Below are positions 22,129 through 32,505 of a stretch of DNA of 64,000 bases, piece by piece. The position numbers were made by a program, and so were the translations under genes. How positions within the stretch are numbered: the first letter of the stretch is position 1; every line of letters begins with the position of its first letter. Below the pieces are notes generated by a model. That model was not told the DNA's origin. It saw only the letters and a list, made by a program, of their open reading frames with translations, and searched no databases. Origin of the DNA: an uncultured Alphaproteobacteria bacterium (GTDB taxonomy: Bacteria > Pseudomonadota > Alphaproteobacteria > HIMB59 > GCA-002718135); the NCBI GenBank assembly GCA_902628645.1, contig CACONS010000006.1, positions 1,731-65,730 of the forward strand. The letters are read 5' to 3'.

Positions 22129-23427
22129 TTATTTAGATCTTTTATTTCTTAGAATTTTTAAAGCTGATCTTTCAATAGCAAGTGAATTTTTGGGAATATT
22201 TTTAGTGATAACACTACCTGCGCCAATTCTAGATTTAGACTCAATTACAACTGGAGCAATGAGTGATGTGTTTGAACCTATAAATACATTATCTTTTATT
22301 ATCGTTTTGTGTTTTTTCTTTCCATCATAGTTACAAGTTATAGTGCCGGCACCTATATTCACATTATTTCCTATTTCTGAATCTCCAACATATGAAAGAT
22401 GAGCAATAGAAACATTATTTCCAATTTTAGAATTTTTTATTTCAACAAAGTTACCAATCCTTGATTTTTTTCCGATTTTTGTTTTTGGTCTTAATCTAGC
22501 ACTTGGACCAATATGTGAATTTTCATCTATTGTAACCTCTTCTAAGTATGAATTACTTTTAATTATTGAACCTTTTTTTATAATTGTTTTTTCCTTTATT
22601 GTAACATTGCTTTCAATTGTAACAGTAGGTTCAATTTTGGTGTCATAGCTTAAATAACAAGTATTGGGTTTTAAAAAATTGACTCCATTTTTTATAAAAT
22701 TTTTTACGTATTTTTTTTGCAGGATATTTTGTACAACATTAAAATCATCCAATGTATTTATGCCCAACATTGTTTCTTTGTTGCACTCAATATAATTGAT
22801 AGGAATATTTTTTTTTGAAAAAATTTTGCATATATCAGGAAGATATCTTTCTTTTTTAATTTTATTTTCTTTAATATTTTTTAAATTATCAAATAATAAT
22901 TTAGTATTTGCTATCAAAATACCAGAATTACATAAATTAATTTTTTTTTGTTCAGGTTTTAAATTGATTTGCTCAATTATTTCTTCAACGTAGTTGTTAT
23001 TTAATAATAACCTACCATAACCATGTGGCTCTGAGGTATTAAATGCAATTAATGAAGCTTTCGCTTTACTTTTTTTAAATTTACTAACTAGTTTTCTTAT
23101 ATCTTTAACTTCAACTAAAGGTGTATCACCAAATAAAATTAAAATATTTTTTGATTTAACAAATTTTTTAACTTGCTCAATTGCATCAGCGGTTCCTTTT
23201 TGTTTTTTTTGAACAACTAACTTTGAGGTATTTAATATTAACTTTAATTCTTCTTTATTTTTTTCATTAGATACAACTAATATATTTTTACCAGATATTT
23301 TTTTTGCAATATTAAAAATATGTGAAACAATTGGTAACCCGCATAATGGATGAACAAGCTTTGATTTACTTGCTTTAAATCTCGTACTATTGCCTGCAGC
23401 AAGTATAACAGTTGTGATATCAGACAT
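22129..23427 (-). CDS. glmU: bifunctional GlcNAc-1-P uridyltransferase / GlcN-1-P acetyltransferase
   Basis: LAAGNSTRF nucleotidyltransferase loop and C-terminal left-handed beta-helix hexapeptide repeats. Confidence 0.9.
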   Translation of the reverse strand: MSDITTVILAAGNSTRFKASKSKLVHPLCGLPIVSHIFNIAKKISGKNILVVSNEKNKEELKLILNTSKLVVQKKQKGTADAIEQVKKFVKSKNILILFGDTPLVEVKDIRKLVSKFKKSKAKASLIAFNTSEPHGYGRLLLNNNYVEEIIEQINLKPEQKKINLCNSGILIANTKLLFDNLKNIKENKIKKERYLPDICKIFSKKNIPINYIECNKETMLGINTLDDFNVVQNILQKKYVKNFIKNGVNFLKPNTCYLSYDTKIEPTVTIESNVTIKEKTIIKKGSIIKSNSYLEEVTIDENSHIGPSARLRPKTKIGKKSRIGNFVEIKNSKIGNNVSIAHLSYVGDSEIGNNVNIGAGTITCNYDGKKKHKTIIKDNVFIGSNTSLIAPVVIESKSRIGAGSVITKNIPKNSLAIERSALKILRNKRSK

Positions 23428-23431
23428 TAAG

Positions 23432-24070
23432 TTAGAAATTTCTTAAAATTTCGTTTCCAACATTAATTATTTCTTTTGAAGCATCTGATGTAACACTTAT
23501 ATCTACTACACCCCTTCCAACTGAGAATGTTTCTGCAAATAATACTTTGCTAGACAGTCGGGAGCGAGCAATTTTAGCACCAGCGTATCTTAAACGCAAA
23601 ATCATTGCGTCAGTTAATTTTGCTCTCGGCATCACTCTATTAAGAATAATTATTGGATTTTTTCTTTCTTGTTTTGCAATTTTTAAAAAAGGAAGTGTAG
23701 CCATTAAGTCTACTGGACTTGGTTGTACTGGAACAAATACTCTATCAGAAGCTTTTACAACCTGCATTGTTTCAAAAGTTATAGATGGAGGGCTATCAAT
23801 TATTATAAAGTCGTACTTTCTTTTTATGGCTTTAATTTCATCTATTAAATTCCTTATATCAAAATTTAATTGAGTTATTCCAATATCATCTTCACCATAA
23901 TAAGATTTTCTTGCTTCAAGCCAATATGATAGACTTTTTTGTGCATCAGCATCTATAACAGCTACTTTGTAACCACTATTGCTCCACAAAACTGATAAAT
24001 TTGCTGAAAGAGTCGATTTACCTGAACCACCTTTTTGATTCGAAAATGCTATAACTTTTCCCATATACAA
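23432..24070 (-). CDS. orphan ParA/MinD-family ATPase
   Basis: Deviant Walker A NQKGGSGKST and Walker B IIIDSPP. No parB-like partner is adjacent. Confidence 0.75.
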   Translation of the reverse strand: MYMGKVIAFSNQKGGSGKSTLSANLSVLWSNSGYKVAVIDADAQKSLSYWLEARKSYYGEDDIGITQLNFDIRNLIDEIKAIKRKYDFIIIDSPPSITFETMQVVKASDRVFVPVQPSPVDLMATLPFLKIAKQERKNPIIILNRVMPRAKLTDAMILRLRYAGAKIARSRLSSKVLFAETFSVGRGVVDISVTSDASKEIINVGNEILRNF

Positions 24071-24121
24071 GTATTGATAATAACTATTTTAAAGATAGAT
24101 GGAAACATTTTATAAAAAAAT

Positions 24122-25039
24122 ATGAAAAAAAATAAGTTAGATATTGCAAAAAATTTATTAAGCAGTGGAGAACTTGTAATATTTCCCACAGAAACAGTAT
24201 TTGGTCTTGGAGCAGATGCAACAAATGATGAGGCTGTAAAATCTATTTTTAAAGTAAAAAAAAGACCAAGAAGTAATCCAATTATCTGTCACTTTAAAAG
24301 TATTAAACAAATACAAAAATATTTTATTTTAAATAAATTTGAAAAAAAATTAGGTTCAAAATTCTGGCCTGGTCCTTTGACAATAATATTAAAAAAAAAG
24401 AAAAATTCTAAAATATCAAAATTAGTCTCTAATAACTCAACTTTAGTTGGCTGCAGAATTCCTGGTAATAAATTGGCTAAAAAATTAATTACTTTATTTG
24501 ACCTACCTATTGCAGCCCCTAGTGCTAATCTGTCAGAAAGAACTTCCGTAACCAATATTATGGATATTGATCCTATTCTAGTAAAAAAAATATTTGTTTT
24601 AAAAGATAATCAGTCTTCTCATGGATTAGAGTCCACAGTTGTTAGAATTGATACCAATAATGAAATTGAAGTATTAAGATATGGCAGCATAACTGTTGAA
24701 GAGCTAAATAAATATGCAAAAGTAAAAATTAAAAAGAAATCATCTATTTCTCCTGGTAATTTAAAAAAACATTATTCAACTTTAAAGCCAATAAGAATGA
24801 ATGCTAAGAGAATACTAAAAAATGAAGGTTTATTAAATTTTGGTAATAATAAATTAAAGTCTAAAATAATTAATTTAAATTTGAGTAATAAAAAAAATTT
24901 AAATGAAGCAGCAAAAAATTTTTATCATTATCTTCATAAATTAGATCAAAGTAGATGCAAAAAAATTGCTGTAGTAGAAATACCTGATAAAGGGCTTGGC
25001 AAAACTATAAATGACAGATTAAGAAGAGCAATTAAGTAA
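24122..25039 (+). CDS. tsaC: L-threonylcarbamoyladenylate synthase (Sua5/YrdC/TsaC family, with Sua5 C-terminal domain)
   Basis: YrdC-domain motifs FPTETVFGLGADA, KKRPRSNPI and APSANLS; 305 aa. Confidence 0.85.
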   Translation: MKKNKLDIAKNLLSSGELVIFPTETVFGLGADATNDEAVKSIFKVKKRPRSNPIICHFKSIKQIQKYFILNKFEKKLGSKFWPGPLTIILKKKKNSKISKLVSNNSTLVGCRIPGNKLAKKLITLFDLPIAAPSANLSERTSVTNIMDIDPILVKKIFVLKDNQSSHGLESTVVRIDTNNEIEVLRYGSITVEELNKYAKVKIKKKSSISPGNLKKHYSTLKPIRMNAKRILKNEGLLNFGNNKLKSKIINLNLSNKKNLNEAAKNFYHYLHKLDQSRCKKIAVVEIPDKGLGKTINDRLRRAIK

Positions 25040-26362
25040 TTACAATCTATTTAAATAATCCATTAACCTATAATAAATAATGGCTGAAGAATACAATGGT
25101 CTTCTAAACATGTTGCCACCTGGAATTTTAAAATGATTAATTTGCTCAAACATATCAAAATTATTTGATTTATTTAAAATTTTTTCAGCTACCATTTTTC
25201 CTCCCATAATACTCATAGCTAAACCATGCCCAGAGTAAGCATGAGCATAATATAACTTTTGATTCATTATAGTTCCAAAAATAGGCAATCTATTAATCGA
25301 TATTGCCAAGGTACCTCCCCAAGAAAATTCAATTTTAAATTTTTTTAATTCAGGAAAAACTTTATACATTCGTTTAGAGACAAAACTCTTTGCATCTTTT
25401 ACAAAATGAGATGTAATTGTCTCAGGTCCTCCAAAAAGAAGTCTGTAGTCTTCTGAAAATCTATAATAATCAATCATAAATCTAGAATCTATTACACCAC
25501 AATTTCTTTTAATCAATTTACTTGCCAGATCTTTTCCGAGAGGTTCAGTTGCAATAATATAATTATTTATAGGCATAAAATAATTTCTTTTTGATCCTAA
25601 AAGATTATCAAGATAACCATTGCAACCAATAATTACTTTCTTTGCTTTAATAATATTTTTTCCAGAATGAATTATAACTTCTTTTTGATTATCAACAATT
25701 TTATCAGCTGGAGAATTTTCATATATCTTTATACCATTTGCTAAACACTGTTCTGCTAAGCCATATGTCAGTTTTAATGGGTTTAAATGATAAGAATCTT
25801 TTAAAAGCATTCCAGAAAAATATCTGTCACTATTAACTTCATCTCTAATTGAGCTGTGGTCAAAGTATTCATAGTTATTATAATTATAATTCTTCTGCAT
25901 ATGCTCAATTTCATCTTGAAAATATTTATAATCTTTTTTTGTGTTACCTACATGAAGAACACCTTGTCTAAGCGCACAATCAATTTTGTATTTTTCAATT
26001 AAATTAACTACATTTGAAACAGCATCTAATCCAATTTTCCAAAAAAATTTTGCTTTTTCAATACCAAATTTTTTTTCTAAGTAGAATTGATCTTTTCTCA
26101 TTCCAATTCCTAGTTGACCACCATTCCTACCAGAAGCACCAGATCCAACTTTATTTGCTTCCAAAATTGTTATTGATAAACCTTGATTAGATAAATTTAA
26201 TGCTGAAGAAATACCTGTTAACCCACCTCCAATAATACATACATCAGTTGAAATATTCTCATTTAATTTAATTTGATTAGGAAAATTAGGTGCTGAAAAT
26301 TTATAAAAACTCTCTTTTTCATTATCATGTTGATTAAAGGTCCTTTTTTTTGTAGTAAACAT
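25040..26362 (-). CDS. FAD-dependent oxidoreductase, gamma-glutamylputrescine oxidase (PuuB)-like
   Basis: DVCIIGGGLTGISSAL dinucleotide fold followed by GSGASGRNGGQL, very close to the remembered E. coli PuuB N-terminus. Confidence 0.75.
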   Translation of the reverse strand: MFTTKKRTFNQHDNEKESFYKFSAPNFPNQIKLNENISTDVCIIGGGLTGISSALNLSNQGLSITILEANKVGSGASGRNGGQLGIGMRKDQFYLEKKFGIEKAKFFWKIGLDAVSNVVNLIEKYKIDCALRQGVLHVGNTKKDYKYFQDEIEHMQKNYNYNNYEYFDHSSIRDEVNSDRYFSGMLLKDSYHLNPLKLTYGLAEQCLANGIKIYENSPADKIVDNQKEVIIHSGKNIIKAKKVIIGCNGYLDNLLGSKRNYFMPINNYIIATEPLGKDLASKLIKRNCGVIDSRFMIDYYRFSEDYRLLFGGPETITSHFVKDAKSFVSKRMYKVFPELKKFKIEFSWGGTLAISINRLPIFGTIMNQKLYYAHAYSGHGLAMSIMGGKMVAEKILNKSNNFDMFEQINHFKIPGGNMFRRPLYSSAIIYYRLMDYLNRL

Positions 26363-26412
26363 TAACTTATCTTTAATGGTTTAATAATAATTAGTAAACA
26401 AACAGTCTCAAT

Positions 26413-27780
26413 ATGATTGAAAAATTTCAAAATTGGTTTCAAGAAAACTCTATTACAGAAGTTGAATGTTTAGTTCCAGACCTTGGAGGTATAGCAAGGG
26501 GGAAAATTTTACCAACAAATAAATTTTTAAAAGGATTAGAAGATGAAAGTCACAGATTACCACAGTCAACTTTTATTCAAACGATATCAGGAGATTACGC
26601 TACAGAGGACTCTGCTGGTGCTTTACCAAGAAGTGTTTACAATCCAACTGACATTGATGTAATTTTAAAACCAGATTTTGATACAATGAGAGTTGTGCCA
26701 TGGTACGACGATCCTACTGCACAAATTATCTGTGATGCAATAAATCTTAATGGTGATGACGTTATAAATTCAAGCAGGAATGCTTTAAAAAATATTCTTA
26801 AACTTTATAAGAAAGAAAAACTAACTCCTATTGTTTCACCAGAATTAGAATTTTATTTAGTCAAACCAAATGCTGATTCAGATTATCCTCTTGAAGTTCC
26901 AGTTGGACAATCAGGTAGACAAGAAACAGGTAAACAAGCACTGGGTATAGATGCTGTTAACGAATTCGACCACCTTTTTGAGGATGTATATAATTATTGT
27001 GAAGCACAAAATATTGAAATTGATACTATTAATCATGAATCAGGTTCAGCTCAAATGGAAATTAATTTTCAACATGGCAATCCATTAGATCTAGCAGATC
27101 AGGTATTTTTATTTAAACGAACTCTAAGACAGTCAGCTTTGAAACATAAACTTCATGCAACTTTTATGGCAAAACCTATGGAGAACCAACCGGGTAGCGC
27201 AATGCACATACATCAATCAATATATAATGAAAAAAATAAAAATATTTTTTTTAACAAATCATCTAAAATTTCAAAAAAAATGAAAAACTATTTAGGTGGG
27301 TTGGAAAAATATACTCCATTATTAATGCCAATATATGCTCCAAATATAAATTCATTTAGAAGATTGTTTGCAACTTGGGGTACTCCTAAAAATATTAAAT
27401 GGGGAATAGGCAACAGAAGTTGTGGTTTTAGAATTCCATCAATTGAAGAAAGAAATATACGTATTGAAAATAGAATTCCTGGATCTGATACAAATCCTTA
27501 TCTAGTTTTTGCAGCAAATTTAGCTTCAGGATATTTAGGAATGAAAAATAATTTAAAACCAAATCCAGAAACAAAAGATAGTGCATTTAAAGATAAAAAT
27601 TCTAATTTACCTAAAAATATGGATGAATCATTAGCTCTATTTGAAAATGATGAAGATATAAAATCGATATTTAATGAAAAATTTGTAAGGTCAATTGCTG
27701 CAATAAGAAGAGTTGAGTATCAAGCCTATTTATCAGTAATAAGTTCTTGGGAGCGAGAATATTTATTACTTAATGTTTAA
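26413..27780 (+). CDS. glutamine-synthetase-family gamma-glutamyl-amine ligase (PuuA/GmaS-like)
   Basis: GS catalytic-domain motifs (ELEFYL, HESGSAQMEINF, PGSAMHIHQS, NRSCGFRIP). Divergent from the puuB-like gene. Confidence 0.78.
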   Translation: MIEKFQNWFQENSITEVECLVPDLGGIARGKILPTNKFLKGLEDESHRLPQSTFIQTISGDYATEDSAGALPRSVYNPTDIDVILKPDFDTMRVVPWYDDPTAQIICDAINLNGDDVINSSRNALKNILKLYKKEKLTPIVSPELEFYLVKPNADSDYPLEVPVGQSGRQETGKQALGIDAVNEFDHLFEDVYNYCEAQNIEIDTINHESGSAQMEINFQHGNPLDLADQVFLFKRTLRQSALKHKLHATFMAKPMENQPGSAMHIHQSIYNEKNKNIFFNKSSKISKKMKNYLGGLEKYTPLLMPIYAPNINSFRRLFATWGTPKNIKWGIGNRSCGFRIPSIEERNIRIENRIPGSDTNPYLVFAANLASGYLGMKNNLKPNPETKDSAFKDKNSNLPKNMDESLALFENDEDIKSIFNEKFVRSIAAIRRVEYQAYLSVISSWEREYLLLNV

Positions 27781-28564
27781 ATTTTTTATTAAAATAAAAA
27801 TAAAATAAACCAATTATTATCAAAGCAAACATTAAAATGGCTGATAGTGCATTTACTTCAGGACTCAATCCTAATCTGACTTTAGAAAAAACTACAATTG
27901 GCAACGTATTAGCTCCGGGCCCAGTAGTAAAACTTGCAACTACTAGATCATCTAAAGAAATTGTAAAGGCTAATAACCAACCAGCAATTATAGAAGGTAA
28001 AATTATAGGCAATGTTATTTTATAAAGTACCTTGGTATAATTATAACCAAGATCCATAGCAGCTTCCTCTATATTTTTATTGAAGTCAGTTAATCTAGCC
28101 TGAATAATAATTGCGACAAATGCAATACAAAAAGTAACGTGCGATATAAAAATAGTTAATTGTCCTCTAGATGATGGAAATCCAATTACATTATTTAAGC
28201 TTATAAAAAAAAGTAGCATTGAAAGACCTAAAATTAATTCTGGTAAAACCAAAGGTGTTGAAGAAAGAAATATATAGAATGATTTAAAAGGAATTTTTCT
28301 TATTCTTACAAGTGAATATCCAATCATGACTCCTAAAATTGTAGCAAAAGTTGCAGACAAAGCTGCAATTTTTATACTAATAATAAATGCTTCAATTATT
28401 TGTTCATTATTAAATAATTCATTATACCATCTTAAAGAAAATCCTTTCCAAACCATTACTCTCTTATTTTCATTAAATGAGTAAAAAATTAAAACTAAAA
28501 TTGGAAAATATAAAAAAAATAAACCCAAAAAAATGACTGTACTTTTGATTAAACTAGATTTCAT
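27770..28564 (-). CDS. potI: putrescine/spermidine ABC transporter permease (PotI/PotC-like)
   Basis: 6-TM MetI-type permease with the EAAMDLGYN loop. Last gene of the potFGHI-order operon. Confidence 0.85.
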   Translation of the reverse strand: MKSSLIKSTVIFLGLFFLYFPILVLIFYSFNENKRVMVWKGFSLRWYNELFNNEQIIEAFIISIKIAALSATFATILGVMIGYSLVRIRKIPFKSFYIFLSSTPLVLPELILGLSMLLFFISLNNVIGFPSSRGQLTIFISHVTFCIAFVAIIIQARLTDFNKNIEEAAMDLGYNYTKVLYKITLPIILPSIIAGWLLAFTISLDDLVVASFTTGPGANTLPIVVFSKVRLGLSPEVNALSAILMFALIIIGLFYFYFNKKFKH

Positions 28565-29441
28565 TTTTTTGACTCCAACGAGAATAAAGTATTTGAAAAA
28601 TCACAATTGGTAAAACTAAAATAATAATTCCGCTAAAAGCTAAAGCACTGGCGCCAGGCCAATTTCTATTAACAAAGAATTCCTCCCATAATATTTTTCC
28701 ATAATACAATCTATCACTACCACCTAACATTTCAGGTATAATAAATTCTCCAACAACAGGTATAAAAACTAACAAAGATCCAGCAACAATTCCTGGAACA
28801 GACAAAGGAAGTATAACTTTAAAAAAAGTTTTAAAACGATTTAACCCCAAATCTTTTGATGCTTCAATTAAATTTAAATCAAATTTATTTAAGTATCCAT
28901 AAAGTGGTAAAATCATCAAAGGTAAATAAGTGTATACAATTCCCATGATGACAGCATATTGATTGTATAATAATTGAAGTGGCTCTGATGTTATGCCTAG
29001 GTTTAGAAGTATCACATTTAAAATTCCATTATTCTGTAAAATTATTTTCCATGCATATACTCTTAATAAAAATGATGACCAAAATGGAATAACTACTAAA
29101 ACTAGTAGGATATTTCTTAATCTAATATTTGAAGTCGCAATATAAAAAGCTAATGGGAACCCGATAAGTAAACAAAAAAAAGTAGATATTAGAGCTAGAA
29201 TCAAAGAATTTACAAAAGATCCAATGTAGTAATAATCACTAAATATATAAACATAGTTTTCAAAAGTAGTATTGATCTTAAATCCATTATCAAAAAGAAA
29301 AATATCTTGATAAGGAGGCATTCCCCATTCTGATACCGAAATTGATATTTTAAAAATTATAGCTAATGGAATAAAAAAAAATAGAACAAGCCAAAAGTAA
29401 GGACTAAAAACAAAATATTTTTCGAACAATTTATTTTTCAA
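28554..29441 (-). CDS. potH: putrescine/spermidine ABC transporter permease (PotH/PotB-like)
   Basis: MetI-type permease with the EASKDLGLNRF loop. Confidence 0.85.
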   Translation of the reverse strand: MKNKLFEKYFVFSPYFWLVLFFFIPLAIIFKISISVSEWGMPPYQDIFLFDNGFKINTTFENYVYIFSDYYYIGSFVNSLILALISTFFCLLIGFPLAFYIATSNIRLRNILLVLVVIPFWSSFLLRVYAWKIILQNNGILNVILLNLGITSEPLQLLYNQYAVIMGIVYTYLPLMILPLYGYLNKFDLNLIEASKDLGLNRFKTFFKVILPLSVPGIVAGSLLVFIPVVGEFIIPEMLGGSDRLYYGKILWEEFFVNRNWPGASALAFSGIIILVLPIVIFQILYSRWSQKNEI

Positions 29442-30509
29442 TTAATCCTCTAAAATCTTAATTGATTCACTTTCCCAACTACAAATAACTTTTTCCCCTT
29501 TTGGGAAATTATAATTTGAGTTAGAATTAAAATTTTGATCTAAAACTGAAATTATTATATTATTAACTTTAATTTCATAACGTGTAAAGCTCCCCAAATA
29601 TGATTTTTCTAAAATTTCTCCACTAAAGGAATTAAATGAACTTGTTTTCAAATTATTTATTGATTGTATTTTTATTTTCTCTGGTCTTAGTAAAATATTA
29701 GTTTTTGTTTTTTTTAATTCTTTGTTTAATTTAAAATTTATATCTAAATCATCAGAATAAAAATTTTCATCTTTCTTATAAATCTCAATTATATTTGCAA
29801 TTCCTATAAAATTGGCAGTATAAAGACTTTTAGGATTTTCATAAATCTCTTCAGGGCTAGAACATTCCAAAATAAGACCATTCTTCATTATTGCCATTCT
29901 ATCAGACAAGGACATTGCCTCTTCCTGATCATGGGTAACAAAAACAAAAGTAATTTTCAGTTTCTTTTGGAGTGTTGTTAACTCTAGTTGTGTTTTTGAT
30001 CTTAGTTTTTTATCTAGTGCTGCAAGAGGTTCATCTAATAATAATAGCTTTGGTTTTTTTATTAGGCACCTTCCAAGAGCAACTCTTTGTTGCTCCCCAC
30101 CTGATAGTTGCTTAATCCTTCTATTTAATAAATGTTCAATAGATAAAAGTTCAGCAATATCTCTTACATTTATTTCAATTTCTTTTTTGGTAAAATTTTC
30201 TTTTATTCCAAAAGCTAAATTATTAAATACATTTAAGTGAGGAAATAGAGCATAAGATTGGAACATATAGTTTAATGGCCTATCAAAAGGTTCAAGATTT
30301 GTTATGTCTGTTCCATCAAGGATTACGCGTCCTGTATCTGGTTTCTCAAATCCACCTAATATTCTCAGTAAAGTAGTTTTTCCTGAACCAGAGGAGCCTA
30401 AGAGACCAAAAAATTCAGATTTTGAAATATTTAAATTAATATTTTCTAAAACTTTGTTATCTCCAAAGGATTTAGAAATATTTTCAATTACAAGAAAATT
30501 ATTATCCAT
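29442..30509 (-). CDS. potG: putrescine/spermidine ABC transporter ATP-binding protein (PotG/PotA-like)
   Basis: Walker A GSSGSGKTT, signature LSGGEQQR, Walker B LLLLDEP, and a C-terminal TOBE-like domain. Confidence 0.9.
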   Translation of the reverse strand: MDNNFLVIENISKSFGDNKVLENINLNISKSEFFGLLGSSGSGKTTLLRILGGFEKPDTGRVILDGTDITNLEPFDRPLNYMFQSYALFPHLNVFNNLAFGIKENFTKKEIEINVRDIAELLSIEHLLNRRIKQLSGGEQQRVALGRCLIKKPKLLLLDEPLAALDKKLRSKTQLELTTLQKKLKITFVFVTHDQEEAMSLSDRMAIMKNGLILECSSPEEIYENPKSLYTANFIGIANIIEIYKKDENFYSDDLDINFKLNKELKKTKTNILLRPEKIKIQSINNLKTSSFNSFSGEILEKSYLGSFTRYEIKVNNIIISVLDQNFNSNSNYNFPKGEKVICSWESESIKILED

Positions 30510-30516
30510 CTTAAAT

Positions 30517-30544
30517 CAGCACTAATATTAATATATTAGTGCTG
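30517..30544 (-). terminator. intercistronic stem-loop between potF and potG (12-bp perfect stem, 4-nt loop); attenuator or mRNA-stabilising hairpin
   Basis: CAGCACTAATAT-TAAT-ATATTAGTGCTG. There is no strong U-tract, so full termination is uncertain. Confidence 0.5.
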
Positions 30545-30560
30545 AAATGAAGTATATTTT

Positions 30561-31607
30561 TTAATTTGATTTAAATTTATTAAAATATTTAGTTGATAAT
30601 TGTGCTTTTTTAGGTGAGTCAGCAGTATCAGCAAATAGCATACTTAAAGTTGCTTCATCTGGATAAATAGCTGGATCTCCTAAAATTTCTGGATCAACTA
30701 GCTCATTAGCTGCTTTGTTTGGATTAGAATACCAAACATAGTTTGTGATATCTGCAGCAACTTCTGGGCGCAAAATATAATTTATAAACTTATGTGCATT
30801 TAAAACATTTTTTGCATCAGCTGGAATTGCCATCATATCAAACCAAATTACAGTTCCCTCTGAAGGAATGGAATACCAAACTGGTTCTATTTCTTCGTAA
30901 GCAGCAATAAAAACATCACCTGACCATCCCATTGCTAGACAAATTTCACCGTTAGCAAGATCATCAATATATTGAGAGGAATCAAAATACCTAATGAAAG
31001 GTCTTATTTCCTGCAACATTGAAAGAGCAGCCTTATAATCATTTTCGTCTTCAGTGTTAGGATCTTTACCTACATATTTTAAGGCAATTTCCATTACTTC
31101 AGATGGTGCATCTAACATTGCTATACCACAATCTTCATATTTAGATGCTATAGCTGGATCAAATAAAACACTCCAACTAGTAACCTCATCTTCATCAACC
31201 TTATCAGTATTGTAACCAATACCAGTTGTGCCATACATATAGTTTACTGAATATTGACCACCCGGATCATGTGCGTCTATCTTTGATAAAACTTCTGGAT
31301 CTAAATTTCCTAAGTTGGATAATTCAGATTTATCAAGTTTTTGAAAAACTCCAGCTTTGATTTGGTTTTCTAAAAAAGAACCTGAAGGCACCACAATATC
31401 ATAGCCAGAACCACCAGCTAAAAGTTTAGCTTCAAGAACTTCGTTTGAATCAAAAACATCATAAGTTACATCAATGCCAAATTCATTTTCAAAATTTTCA
31501 ATTGTATCTTCAGCAATATAGTCAGACCAATTGTAAATAAATAATTCTTCTTTAGCCTGAGCTGAAAAAGAAATTAAAACTAATAGAGATATAAAATACT
31601 TAAGCAT
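30561..31607 (-). CDS. potF: periplasmic putrescine/polyamine-binding protein (PotF/PotD-like)
   Basis: Signal peptide, then LFIYNWSDYIAEDTIENFENEFGIDVTYDVFDSNEVLEAKLLAG, nearly colinear with the remembered E. coli PotF. Confidence 0.9.
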   Translation of the reverse strand: MLKYFISLLVLISFSAQAKEELFIYNWSDYIAEDTIENFENEFGIDVTYDVFDSNEVLEAKLLAGGSGYDIVVPSGSFLENQIKAGVFQKLDKSELSNLGNLDPEVLSKIDAHDPGGQYSVNYMYGTTGIGYNTDKVDEDEVTSWSVLFDPAIASKYEDCGIAMLDAPSEVMEIALKYVGKDPNTEDENDYKAALSMLQEIRPFIRYFDSSQYIDDLANGEICLAMGWSGDVFIAAYEEIEPVWYSIPSEGTVIWFDMMAIPADAKNVLNAHKFINYILRPEVAADITNYVWYSNPNKAANELVDPEILGDPAIYPDEATLSMLFADTADSPKKAQLSTKYFNKFKSN

Positions 31608-31647
31608 TATTCCCCTCCTAAATAAAAATTACATTAAATAAAATAAA

Positions 31648-32505
31648 TTAAAAATCGAGAATTTTTTTGTATAGATCGGGCCTTCTGTCTCTAAAATTAC
31701 CCCATAATTTTCTATATTCTCTTGAAATTAATAAATCTAAAGTTGCAGTTATTATTCCTTCATCCTTATCATTCATACGATTTATAACATTTCCAAGATG
31801 ATCCAATATAAAAGAATTGCCATAAAAATTTAATTCAATATCAGCTTCGACCTCTTTCCCTATTCTATTTGAAGTTATTATAGGGATTTGATTTGCAGCA
31901 GCATGTCCTACCATTGTATTAATCCAATGATCCTTTGAGTTTAATTCAGGCATATGTGGCTCAGAGCCAATTGCTGATGGATATAAAATTAAATCTGCAC
32001 CCTTTAATGTTAATATTCTTGCACATTCAGGAAACCACTGATCCCAACAAATTGCACAACCAACTTTTGCTATAGGGGTATCAAAAACCATAAAACCTGT
32101 ATTACCTTTTTCAAAATAATACTTCTCATTATATCCAGGCCCTTCAGGGATATGTGATTTATGATATACTTCACTTATTTTACCCAAAGAATCAATCATA
32201 ACTAAAGAATTAAAAAAATTATTTTCTTTCTTTTGAAAAAAACTAATCGGTAATGAAATCCTTTTTTCTTTACAAATATTAGATAATTTTTCAAACATTG
32301 GATTAGAAGGAAAATCAATTGCAAGATCAAAAAATTTATCATTTTTTGTTGAACAAAAATAATGATCTTGAAATAATTCCTGTAGAAGTAATATATCTAC
32401 ATTTTCTTTAGAAGCTTTTTCAACTAAACTAATTGCTTTATTTAAATTAGCATCAAAATTTCCCTTAACAGCTTTAAATTGTGATGTTGCTACTTTTACT
32501 TTCAT
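31648..32505 (-). CDS. aguB: N-carbamoylputrescine amidase (nitrilase superfamily)
   Basis: CN-hydrolase E-K-C triad context (LQELF..., CWDQWFPE). Overlaps aguA by 4 nt. Confidence 0.85.
   Translation of the reverse strand: MKVKVATSQFKAVKGNFDANLNKAISLVEKASKENVDILLLQELFQDHYFCSTKNDKFFDLAIDFPSNPMFEKLSNICKEKRISLPISFFQKKENNFFNSLVMIDSLGKISEVYHKSHIPEGPGYNEKYYFEKGNTGFMVFDTPIAKVGCAICWDQWFPECARILTLKGADLILYPSAIGSEPHMPELNSKDHWINTMVGHAAANQIPIITSNRIGKEVEADIELNFYGNSFILDHLGNVINRMNDKDEGIITATLDLLISREYRKLWGNFRDRRPDLYKKILDF

Noticed and set aside
22097-22130. Possible hairpin between glmU and the DAHP synthase gene
   Set aside because: It has only a 6-bp stem with a bulge and a 16-nt loop, one arm overlaps the glmU stop codon, and there is no U-tract. 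This is too weak to call.
23547-23873. 108-aa plus-strand ORF
   Set aside because: It is antisense to the ParA-like ATPase, whose Walker motifs are clear, so it is a shadow ORF.
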